Shown here: piece by piece, positions 44,406 to 64,000 of the stretch
Numbering within the stretch: position 1 is the stretch's first letter
Layout: every line of letters begins with the position of its first letter
Assembly: GCF_009914755.1 (NCBI RefSeq)
Contig: NC_060931.1
DNA from: the human T2T-CHM13v2.0 reference genome, Homo sapiens
Direction: 5' to 3' (one strand)
DNA: 64,000 nucleotides
Position numbers and translations under genes: made by a program
The notes under the pieces: model-generated
Databases searched by the model: none
The model's input: the letters and a program-made list of their open reading frames with translations, nothing else
What the model was told of the DNA's origin: nothing

Positions 44406-44965
44406 CTGTGAGAGAATACCAGGCATGGTGTGTTCAGTGAGAGACCCATGATGTTGGGCACTGACTACTCTTTTCTTCACTTGCTTTTCTCTCAAAATTT
44501 TCTTAAAAAGCTGACGATCCCTCTGAGATAATCAAGATCTAAATGGTTGAGGAGTCATCATAAAATCTAAGGTTTGGCATCTAAAAGACAGTGAGACAGA
44601 GAGCACTAAACATGCTTTGCTTTGATAAAAGCTTTGATTTCGTTTTTCAGGTTGAACTGCAAAACCATAAATGATCTTAAGATTTATTTATTCACAAACA
44701 CAGATTTGTTTTGTTATTACTCTTCGAACAAATTTTTTTTAAAGAATCTAACAAATATTATAATTAAAATGTATATGTAGGGCAGAGCGTGGTGGCTCAT
44801 GCCTGTTATCCCAGCACTTTGGGAGGCCAAGGCAGGCAGATCACTTGAGGCCAGGAGTTTGAGACCAGCCTAGGCAACATGGTGAAATCCCATCTCTACT
44901 AAAAATACAAAAATTAGCCAGGAGTGGTGGTGCATGCCTATAGTACCAGCTCCTCAGGAGGCTCA

Positions 44966-45097
<132 letters not shown>

Positions 45098-45459
45098 TTA
45101 TTTATAAAAATTTCATATCTGTGCTATAATTAAATAGTGCTTTGGTGAAATGTTTCCCTAAAAATTGATAATGAAAACCAATGGTAACTATCATTTATTA
45201 TCTACATGTTAGGTTAAAATTGAGAATTACTGTTTTAATAAGGGTAACCATCTTTTTAACAATACTATTTGCTTCATTTCATTCATTTATTGCTCACATT
45301 TCAGAAGTACTATGACTTAGATTGGCAGCGAGACAAAACAGAATTCAGAAGCTAGAAGTTGAGATGTTGAGATAGAAAACTGAAAATAATAATGATTCCA
45401 ATTAATTTTCAGAGAGGTTTCTCTAAGGGGTCAAGTGAGTGGATAAAAATATTGTATCA

Positions 45460-45597
<138 letters not shown>

Positions 45598-45710
45598 TCA
45601 AGTGCTATAACAACAAAATATACATGATATCTAGTAACTGGCTTTAAAAAACTGTTTTTGCATTTCCCAAGACAGTGTTACTCAAAATTCTGAGACATGT
45701 GACCCAATTA

Positions 45711-45875
<165 letters not shown>

Positions 45876-46057
45876 CTATCAGTTTTTATATTGACATTAT
45901 TTATAACATATGCAAATTTAAGAGTCATAACTATACCTTTAGTTAAACATACTAGTGTCATTTTGTATATTTCATTGTTATAAAGTCCTTTCTGGCTATT
46001 TACTAGCCCAGACTAAATAGTTTAGCTTTTTCTTTCTTTCCTCTTTTTTTTTCCCTA

Positions 46058-46156
46058 GGCTAGTGAAGTGAAGCAGTTGGAGTGGAGAAGGAACAAAAAA
46101 AATCTGTAACTGGTGGTGATCAATTAGCTGTAAACCGCGTTGCACTTTGACCATCC
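46058..46156 (-). pseudogene. Y3 RNA (RNY3)-derived pseudogene in PMS2 intron 2
   Basis: Minus strand GGATGGTCAAAGTGCA...TTTACAGCTAATTGATCACCACCAGTTACAGATTT...GTTCCTTCTCCACTCCAACTGCTTCACTTCACTAGCC aligns to hY3 end to end; A-rich tail follows. Confidence 0.92.
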
Positions 46157-46653
46157 TTTTCTTTTGAAAGAAATAATTTTAACATACCCAATAAAGAGAA
46201 CGGGGACCGGGTGCAGTGGTTCATGCCTGTAATTCCAGCACTTTGGGAGGCCAAAGCGAGCAGATCACCTGAGGTCAGGAGTTCGAGACCAGCCTGACCA
46301 ACATGGAGAAACCCTGTCTCTACTAAAAATACAAAATTAGCCAGGCTTGGTGGCGCATGCCTGTCATCCCAGCTACTCAGGAAGCTGAGGCAGGAGAATC
46401 ACTTGAACCCAGGAGGTGGAGGTTGCAGTGAGCCGAGATCGTGCCATTGCACTATAGCCTGGGCAACAAGAGCAAAACTCTATCTCAAAAAAAAAAAAAA
46501 AAAAGAGAATGGGTTCTGGAATCAGACTTCCTGGATCCTATTTTATCAGCTTTATAATCTCAAAAAAAGGAAATTTCCTATCCCCTAATTTCCTCATTTG
46601 TAAAATAGAGAATAATAAGTTCTATCTCATAAAGTTATTCTGCAGATTAATAA

Positions 46654-46800
<147 letters not shown>

Positions 46801-46887
46801 TGAGGAGCTGAGATTACAGCCATGCACCACCACATCTGGCTAATTTTTGTATTTTTAGTAGAGACAGGGTTTCATCATGTTGGTTAG

Positions 46888-47327
<440 letters not shown>

Positions 47328-47631
47328 TGAACTCTTGGCCTCAAGCAATTCCCCCACCTCGGCCTCTCAAAGGGCTAGGATTATAGGCGTGAGACACCAC
47401 GCCCAGCTGTTCTGCAAATTAAATATTTCTGTGCAATTCTTAGCATAACACCTGCCTGGCACACCGTAAGAACACAATAAAAGCTGTTATTATTATTACT
47501 ACCTAGCTAAGTACTAGGCACATAATAGGTGCTAACTTCAACTTAAAAATAATAATTTATTACTACATCAACACTTGATAGTCTTATTTCAATAACAAAT
47601 GTTTCTTAACTACAACAACATTCACAGATCA

Positions 47632-47838
<207 letters not shown>

Positions 47839-48318
47839 TCAGCTATATATTTTCATCCTGATTTTAACTGTGGGAAATGACTCAACACTGTAAATAATTT
47901 ATGGGTCTAATCTATTCATTTATTATATTAGCAAATACATTTATTATATCCAGAAATAGAAACACTGTTTTACAATCCTTAAACATGTACCCAAAATACT
48001 TCTGGATAGATACTTCAAATTCAACAGATCCTTACTATCTAATTATACTAAGATCCACATGGAGAAAACATACATTGTATCTCTCAAATTACCAAAATCT
48101 TTGGCAACAATGGTGTCTTCTTTCTTGAAAAGTGAAAGCATGGCTGGCTGTGGTGGCTCATGCCTGTAATCCCAGCACTTTGGGAAGCAGAGATGGGTGG
48201 ATAACTTGAGGTCAGGAGTTCGACACCAGCCTGGCCAACACGGTGAAACCCCGTCTTTACTAAAAATACAAAAAATTAGCCAGGCATGGTGGTGGGCACC
48301 TGTAATCCTAGCTACTCA

Positions 48319-48486
<168 letters not shown>

Positions 48487-48789
48487 TTAAGTCAAAATCA
48501 TCTCAGAAATTGGGTACCAGTTATATAACTATTCCTTATACACAGTTGCCTTTGATACCCCACTCCAAACTGAAGCTGCCAGCTGCTGTCTTAGCAAAGA
48601 CCCTCAAAGCTCTTGCTGTACTAGCTTTAAGAGTTTTATAAAGGTTTTATCTCCCCTTATTCCCTGCTCCAATACATCCTCCACTCTATCACCAGAGCTA
48701 TTTTTGAAATCACAAATCTGGTCAAATAATTTTTCTGCTTAAAAATTTACTAGTGCCCCACTTCCTACTATATGAAAGTTAAAATTTAG

Positions 48790-49191
<402 letters not shown>

Positions 49192-49625
49192 TAGCACAGT
49201 GAACAACTGTCCTGAACATCACAAGCTCTTTGAGACACTACAGTGTATAAGCAGGTCTCTGTCTAAACCGCTCTCCTCTTCCTCCTCTGCCCAAACAATG
49301 TCTGCTCAAAGAATGTATCCCGTGTGTTCATTAACTTAGCAATTTCCAGCAAACAGTTTAATTGATAACTTGTTAAGAGAAGGCAGGAAACCTCCATGAA
49401 AGAGAAATCACTGGGTATTTCCTACAGCATTTAACACATCGTAGGCCTTTAATAAACCCTTCTGAAATAAACAAACCTCTTTACTCTTCATTCCACCTTG
49501 CTAAGAATCTCACCTAAGTCTGTCTACCATGTGAAACTGCAGATGACCTCACAGAAAATGGAAAGAAGTATCTCTAAAAATAAGTTTATTTGGCAGCACA
49601 CTATAGGCTACAGGTCCACTTCTGA

Positions 49626-49853
<228 letters not shown>

Positions 49854-50761
49854 TGACTTCATGATCCACCCGCCTTGGCCTCCCAAAGTGCTGGGATTAT
49901 AGGCGTGAGTCACCGCTCTCGGCCCACTTCAGATATTTATTTTGAGGAGGGAGCGCATTTAGACACAGACCCCAAATTTATTTAAATGTCTCAATACATT
50001 TAAATGTAGTTACCTAAATATATCTAATATATTTAAATGCAGAGAGCAAATTTGCGTTTACAAATCTGACATGGAATGCAAATGTGCTAGCCAAGATTCG
50101 GTGTAGCTTACCAGCCAGAAATCACACATCCTAACAGGTAGAAACGTATTGCATTTTTAAAAACTGCGCAGCTATGCAAATAAGGATGTGTCTGGACGCT
50201 CTACCGTCCCCAAAATAACCTTAATTTTTTAAAAAGGCCAGGCACGGTGCATCATGCCTTTAATTCCAGCACTTTGAGGGGCCAAGGCGGGCGGATTGCT
50301 TGAGCTCAGGCGTTCGAGACCAGCCTGGGCAACGCAGCGAAATCCCCGTCTCTACAAAAAAAAATTAAAAATAAAATACTATAAAAATAAAAATAAAAGG
50401 GGAGAGAGAACAGGTAGAAAGGAAATGCATTCAGTCTATGGGGATTTCACGCTCCCGCTTCAAGTCCACGGCCCTGTGATGGGATGTGGGCAAGGCCTGC
50501 AGACAGGCCGAACCCAACTCCTCACAGGGCCGAATCCTTTGCCCGCAGCCCAGGACCCCGAAGGAGCTTGCCTCGGCCTCAAGGCGCACCCAAGGGGCAC
50601 GAGATCGCTGCAACACTGAGGTCGCCACTCCGGGGCCTCCAGGGGGCTGCCTCGCCACGCGCCTCGGCCATGTTCCCCCCATTTCCAGGGAGGTTGGAAT
50701 GCCGTGGGTCTCAAAGAGGGCGCGCGAGAGGGGACACCGGAAGACTGCGAGCCCCGCTCAC

Positions 50762-50784
50762 CTCGAGCTCTCAGCTCGCTCCAT
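50762..50784 (-). CDS. PMS2: PMS2 exon 1 coding part (MERAESS)
   Basis: ATGGAGCGAGCTGAGAGCTCGAG|GTGAG. Confidence 0.98.
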
Positions 50785-51065
50785 GGATGCAACACCCGAT
50801 CCGCCTCGGGGACTGGGAAAGTTCCCTCCAGGGCTCCCACAGGCGCTCCGCCTCCTGAACTCCCATTGGCTGCTTTCGACGTTGTGCTCCACCCTTTCCG
50901 GGCGGGGCGGCAAAAATACTTCCCGTCTCTCCTTTTCGCCTATTGGCTCTGTCAAAGGTCGACTTCGTGACGTCAAAGAGCCTGGGCCAATCAGAGCACA
51001 CCGGACTGCGTTTTCCCGAACGCCCGCAGCAGGGTCAGAAGGGAGGTGGCCGGTCTCCGTCGTGA

Positions 51066-51498
<433 letters not shown>

Positions 51499-51554
51499 TG
51501 AGGTCAGGAGTTCGAGACTAGCCTGGCCAACATGGTAAAACCTCGTCTCTACTA

Positions 51555-51707
<153 letters not shown>

Positions 51708-51714
51708 CTATCTC

Positions 51715-51765
<51 letters not shown>

Positions 51766-54700
51766 CTTTCCAGGTCGGGCGCGGTGGTTCACGCCTGGAG
51801 TCTCAGCGCTTTGGGAGACTGAGGCGGGAGGATCAATTGAATCCCAAGAGTTTGAGACCACTCTCAGCAACATAGCGAGACCCTTGTCTCTATTTTTTAA
51901 ATGTTTTAATTAAAATACAAATCTGTCCATATTTTTTCTTTTTTTAATATATGGTTGCTTAAACATTTTGGTTCAGAGATTCTACCCTCTGAAAAGTGAA
52001 TAGCACATAAATGCTCATTTTGAGGAATTACAAAGCGAACCCCAGGGTCACCATGGCCCAGGTTGACACACATTGTCACCACTCCATTCTTTCCACTTAA
52101 ACCTTCCCTCTCCACCCCCAACCCCAGGTCCTGATTTTTATGGTAATTATGTCTTGCTTGTCTCTATTATTTTGTCAACTATTTATCCCTAAACAATATA
52201 GTCTGGTTTTTTGTTTTTTTTTTTGTTTTTTTCAGATGGAGTCTCACTCTATCACCCAGGCTGGAGTGCAGTGGTGTGATTTTAGCTCACTGCAACCTCT
52301 GCCTCCCAGGTTGAAGCAATTCTCTGCCTGAGCCTCCTGAGTAGCTGAGATTACAGGCGCTGTCCACTGGACCCGGCTAATTTTTCTATTTTTGGTAGAG
52401 ACGGGGTTTCACCATGTTGGCCAGGCTGATCTCGAACTCCTGACCTCAAGAGATCCACCCGCCTCGACCTCCCAAAGTGTTGGGATTACAGGTGTGAGCC
52501 ACCGTGCCCGGCCCCTAAACAATAGTCTTCATATAGGTAAGCATACAGCGTATAGTCTGATGTGTCTGGGTGTTTTTTTTTTTTTTAATGTAGAGATGAG
52601 GTCTTACCACATCTCTACATAAAAGGTGGTTATGGAGACCCAAGGTGGTCTCAATCTCCTGGCCACAGGCGATCCTCTAACCCCAGCCTCCCAAAGTGCT
52701 GGGATTACAAACATGAGCCACTGGGTCCCAGCCCTGGCTTCTTTTTCGTAGATATTATTTTAGGAGTCATTTTATTGTAATATCAGAAGTATTCATCATC
52801 TCTGTACTATACCGTTCTATTGCATGACTCTCCACCATATACTTATCCATCCTGCTTGCTCAGGGACACTGGATTGTTTTCCATTTTAACTTGCTATGAA
52901 CAGTCCTGCAGTGAATACTCTTATACAGAGGAGCAGGCATGGGGTATGTACTAATGAATGGGACTGCTGGCTCAGCGGCCCGCCTGGCTTTCCACTCTAT
53001 TAAATTGTTTTCCAAAGTTATACTGGTTTATGCGCTCGCTCACCGCTCACCAGCAGGGTAGAAGAATTCCTGATGTTTGCACCCTGCCCAAAGCTGGTGG
53101 GTGTAGCGTGGTATCCTAAGGTAGTTTTAGTTTGGATTTCTCCAGACTTCTCTAACTTGAGGACCTTTTCATATTCACTGGCCGCTGTGATTGTGCTTTT
53201 GTAATGTACCTGCTCAAGTCTTTCACTCTTTTCTCATTGCAAACGTACATCCTAGGTTTCCAGCAGGAGAAACAGGCCTGTCCATTTCTGACACAAGATG
53301 GGTGAATCGGTAACTTTTCTGGTCTGTTTTCCCACTGCTTGTTATCCTTCTGTTTTCTTTAATGGCTTTCTGCCTAGATCAGGAGGGACAGACTTTCTTT
53401 TGAAACCCAATAACACAACTGTTATTTCAGTACAGAGCTAAGACAGAAATAGCAGACATAGTTCAATGGTCCCTGCACCTAGAGAGTGCCGTGGAAACAG
53501 GGCCCAGTCACCCTCCAACTGCACAGTCCCATGAAGCCAAAAAGACAATCCAGGTTGGAGAATGTCACCTTTCATTTAAGGCCAAGTTTTGCAGAGTCTG
53601 TTTTATTTGTTTTTAAGTCTGCTGCCTAACTTCTTTTGGGTTTTTGTGAACTTAGAGGACACATAATCTCACTCTTCTAGCAGTTTCTCTAGGAGGTGAT
53701 AACAATGCGGACAAATAATTAGCCATAAAACATCTTGGCCAGGCGCAGTGGCCCACGTCTGTAATCCCAGCACTTTGGGAGACCAAGGCAGGAGGATCAC
53801 TTGAACCTAGGAGTTCAAAACCAATCTGGGCAACATGGTGAAACCCCATTGTTACAAAAAGTACAAAACTTAGCCAGGTGTGGTAGCATGTGCCTGTAGT
53901 TCCAGCTACTCAGGAGGCTGAGGTGGGAGGATCACTTGAGCCCAGGAGGTCAGGGCTGCATTGAGCTGTGATCCTGCCACTGGACTCCAGCATGGGCAAC
54001 AGAGTAAAACCCTGTCTCAAAAAAAAAAAGAAAAAAAGCAATCAAGTATCTCCAGGGTAAATGAAAGCAACATGAAGAATAAGCTGTTTATAAATACATA
54101 TAAATTAAAACTAATGGAGAAAAACAGTATACCACATCACAGTCTAGTCTCAGCAAGGAAAACAACAGGCCAACATTAGAAGACACGAATGACATAAAAC
54201 AGATCTTGAACATTTTGTTATTACTCAGATCACGAAGGACTAGATCACGCTGCACTCAGGGCTTAAAAATCACAAGCCACGTTACACATACAGTACTTCA
54301 GACATTCTTCATTCCTGACCGAGGTTTTTTTTGTTTTTGAGACAGAGTCTCACTCTGTCACCCAGTCTGGAGTGCAATGTCGCAATCTCAGCTCACTGCA
54401 GCCACTGTCTCCCGGGTTCAAGCAATTTTCTCCTGCCTTAGCCTCTCCAGTAGCTGGGATTACAGGTGCCCCCCACCAAGCCCAGCTAATTTTTGTGTTT
54501 CAGTAGAAATGGAGTTTCATCATGTTGTCCTCTCGAACTCCTGACCTCAAGTGATCCACCCGCCTCGCCCTTCCAAAGTGCTGAGATTACAGGTATCAGC
54601 CACTGTGCCTAGCCAGCACTCAATAATTTAATTGGCATACTGAACTCTGTTCCACCCGGAAGTCAGTGGACTTCACATTTCTCTGACGTTTGATCTTAAA

Positions 54701-54983
54701 TAAGAGCAGCAGACTAGGAGAGGTGAGAAAGTGCTGATTAAGCCCGAAGGTAAATAGGAGTTAAGCAAACAAGAGAAGAAGGAAGAGTGATGCAGATGGA
54801 GGGAACAGCACATGTGAAGATCTGTGGTCAGAGCCAGGGTGGTGGTTTAGGAACTCCTCGGACAGTGTGGCTAGAGCACAGGCAAAGGACGAAATTGGGT
54901 GAGGTAAGGTAGCCAGAGGCCAAATGATACAAAATGTCTGTGAAGCCATGTTAAATGTTTGACATTTTATCCTAAGCACCTAG

Positions 54984-55148
<165 letters not shown>

Positions 55149-56010
55149 TGAATAGCTGGTATTACAGGCACCCACACCACACCTGGCTAATTTTTGTACT
55201 TTTAGTAGAGACGGGGTTTCACCATGTTGGCCAGGCTGGTCTCGAACTCCTGACCTCAGGTGATCTGCCCCTCTCGGCCTCCCAAAGTGCTAGGATTATA
55301 GGCATCAGTCAGCGCGCCCAGCCTTGAGTTTCTTTTTAAGTCTTTCCAGCTGCCATCTTAAAGGATGGTTTGCAGGGGTGGACTAGAATGGGTGCGAGGT
55401 GGAATAGGCTAGGTGAAGAATGGTGGCCTGGCCACGTGTGGTGGCTCACGGCTGTCTTCCCAGCACTTTGGGACCTGAGGTGGGAGGATGGCTTGAGGAC
55501 AGGAGTTTGAGACCAGCCTGAGCAACATAGCGCAGTTCTTTGTCTCTACAAAAAAATTTAAAAATTAGCCAGGCTTGGTGGCACACACTTGTAGTCCCAG
55601 GCACTCAGGAGACTAAGGCAGGAGGATCACTTGAGCCCAGGAAGTCAAGGCTGCAGTGGGCCATGATCACACCCCTGCACTCCAGCCTGGGCAATAGAGT
55701 GAGACCCTGTCTCCAGGACAAAAAAAAAAAGACAAGAAAATGATTTGTGGAATTGATTACTTGGCCCCATGGACGTGCTTCCAAGCTAAAATAAAGTGTT
55801 TCAACCTGTGTTCCCTTTTCCCTATTTGTATAAATTACTCAGTTACATTCTCATTGCTACTTATTTAAGCAAAGTATTCTTAGTTTGTTAAGAACAAAGA
55901 ACTACAAATTGTGTTCATTTTCTATCCTTCCCTGTTGTTAAGACTAAATTACCTGAAATAGGAACCATACAATTTCAGAGTGGCTTTTAGCCACAACTTT
56001 TATTTGTTGA

Positions 56011-56256
<246 letters not shown>

Positions 56257-56436
56257 TGATCCACCTGCCCTCAAGCCTCCCAAAGTGCTGGGATTACAGG
56301 TATGAGCCACCGCACCTGGCCTTGTTTTAAGCATTTGGGGATCAATTTGCAGGGACCTATTGGACTATGGGGAAAATGAGATGTTTCTGCTCCTGTATTT
56401 TAATGTCTTTTTCCTTTTTGTTTCTTTACTTTGTAA

Positions 56437-56815
<379 letters not shown>

Positions 56816-56907
56816 TGAGTGCATGGCAAAGTAAGACAAGTGATCAAATTTAAACAACACTGGTCTGATGGGAGAGGAAATGAACATTTGGCTGTTGGTT
56901 TGTTTAG

Positions 56908-57126
<219 letters not shown>

Positions 57127-57204
57127 TGAAAGCTGAAACGTTAGTAGGTACTGAGTGGTTAGTGCAGGGAAATTGTGCTGCTGTGATTAAAGCCTTAGCT
57201 TTCA

Positions 57205-57556
<352 letters not shown>

Positions 57557-58638
57557 CTAAATGAGTGTGCCTTTGCACAGAACAGAGTCCCAGGGCAGGA
57601 GTGAAGTCAAAACAAGCTCTAAAGCCTCCTCTTGACTTCTCAGAGCACGTAGAGGACAGGGAGGATCTGTAGGTAGAGAAGGAGTGGAAGAGAGTTACAG
57701 CCTCTGCCAGTCCGGGCATGGGTCCAGCAGCTTCTGAGCCCTGGAAGAACAGATCTCAGCTTGCTTGCTCAGTGTTCCCCAGAGGTTCAGCAGAGGCAGC
57801 CCGGACTCTCTCTGATCACAGGCCAACTTTCAGAACCGTGACTGCCCAAGTACAAAAATCCTACCCATCCTTTTGAAATGTACTGCTTAGGCCAGTCAGT
57901 CTCATATTTCAAATGCGTTTTGCTTGAACTCAGTTTGCTGTATTACAAGTAAGTTGCATCAGCCAGCTCTCATGATTGAAGTTTACAGGCTTCAGCTAAT
58001 TTAGGGGAGAATCTGATATGCAAAGAAAGACCACCTCGTTTGTTAACCACAATGTGATATTTATTTGAGGATGCAAAAGGGTTTGTCCCAAGAATCCCTA
58101 TCAATAGCCTCCTCTAGAATGGGTGATAGAATAGCACTACTTAAAGCCCTAAAAAATGCAAGCATTGTGGTGTCTCACCCAGGGCTGGGATATTTGGTAA
58201 CCTCAGTACCTCTGCATTCATGTATTCCTTCCTCTGCTCCCTCATTCATTCAGTACTTGTTGGCATGCACTGAGGACTCAGATGAGGTGCAACCAGGCCC
58301 TCAGGGAGCCGGAGCCTAGCAGATGAGTTTTCGAGCATGCGCGGCTGAAATGACTGAGAAAAGACCCTGAGTCATTTCTCAGGGTGCTGGGGAGGTATCT
58401 CAGAGCATGTGGTGCTCAAGATGAATTTTGATACCTCAGAAGACCCAGCGTCAAGTAATACAATATGTTCAGGGAACTGCAAGGCATTCTGCCTAGGCCG
58501 ACGTGTGGGATATTGGTCAGGAGTGGCAGGCGGGGTACAGAAAGCCAAGGAGTTTGGCCGTGAGTGTTCACATCAGTGCATTCATTATTACGAGTGAAAG
58601 CGTAGAATAAGAAAGTCTTTATCTAAAAAGGCTGTCAT

Positions 58639-58773
58639 GCATGGGTTTGGATTATGACAGGCCCATCCCCCTGGACCTCTCATAGTGCCCCATGCCAGAG
58701 CAAACTGTGGCCCCGAACCATTGCCTGGCTTCTGTACCCGTGGGCCACTAGCACTGAAGAGGGTTACACAGTG
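58639..58773 (+). ncRNA. SNORA80D: H/ACA box snoRNA of the SNORA80 (ACA67/SNORA42) family in AIMP2 intron 2
   Basis: Hairpin GCATGGG...CCCATGC, H box AGAGCA 58697-58702, second hairpin, ACA 58768-58770 plus 3 nt; 135 nt; close match to the recalled SNORA80A sequence; paralog letter from memory. Confidence 0.88.
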
Positions 58774-59500
58774 GGAATAAACAAGGCTGTCAGTCTGAGC
58801 ACTTCAGTTAACGCCTAGTATTTTAGCATCTCCCCATCCCTCATCATCAATGATATCTTGGGCCAACACCCCTTCTTAAGGGGTTCTTCATGGAAACATC
58901 TTAATGAACACAAATTGGCCGTGGTCAGCTGTTGGAAAGATTGAGTAGCTGGAATAACTGCAGGTTAAAAGGGACAAATAAAAGTGTCATTCCTAGGCCA
59001 GGCACCATGGCTCCCATCTGTAATCCCAGCACTTTGGGAGGCCAAGACGGACAGGTCATTTGAGGTCAGGAGTTCGAGAACAGCCTGGGCAACATGGCAA
59101 AACCCCATCTCTACTAAAAATTAAAAAAAAAAAAATTAGCTGGGCATGGTGACAGGCACCTGTAGTCCCAGCCACTTAGGAAGCTGAGGCAGGAGAATCG
59201 CTTGAACCTGTGGAGGCAGAGGTTGCAGTGAGCAGAGATCATCCACTGTACTCCAGCCTGTGTGACAGAGTGAGACTCTGTCTCAAAAAAAAAAAAAAAG
59301 TGTCATTCCTCATATGTTGTTTTATTTGACAGTAGAGTCAACTTTTTATTTGTTGGGGGTAAGGGGGTGGAGTCCGCTCATATCCCAGCTCCACTCCGTC
59401 CTGAGCGAGTGACCTTGGATAAGTTACTGGCTGCAACGTGGAGATGACGCTAGTGCCGTCTTCATGGAAGTGGCGGAGTCGGTTAGATAACCCTGGTTAG

Positions 59501-59812
<312 letters not shown>

Positions 59813-59825
59813 TAGACGGGACTGA

Positions 59826-63999
<4,174 letters not shown>

Positions 64000-64000
64000 C

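Noticed and set aside
51002-51025. ZNF143/THAP11-like motif GGACTGCGTTTTCCCG
   Set aside because: Spacing and core deviate from consensus; cannot be supported without ChIP data

Overview
Human (primate) genomic DNA, recognisable as the 7p22.1 PMS2 locus. Minus strand: the complete mismatch-repair gene PMS2 (15 coding exons, all with GT-AG boundaries, summing to 2589 nt = 862 aa + stop), followed about 2.5 kb downstream by the 5' part of RSPH10B (CpG-island promoter, a probable non-coding exon 1 and five coding exons, mostly MORN repeats; the gene continues off the left edge). Plus strand: AIMP2 exons 1-3, head-to-head with PMS2 across a 344-bp ATG-to-ATG CpG-island promoter; exon 4 lies off the right edge. 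The introns are very Alu-rich, and most ORFs in the supplied track are Alu artefacts. Also present: a retroposed H/ACA snoRNA (SNORA80 family) with target-site duplication, a Y3 RNA pseudogene, a fragmented Tigger2 transposon, MER47A, a nested MLT1/MER1A/Alu block, a 24-bp VNTR and microsatellites. I did not find a convincing wholly new biological system. The best unexplained or under-appreciated structures are a compound hairpin/tandem-repeat cassette in RSPH10B intron 1, and transposon-donated poly(A) signals that appear to end the long PMS2 3' UTR just before the RSPH10B promoter. Repeat subfamily names and comparisons to reference alleles are from memory and unverified.
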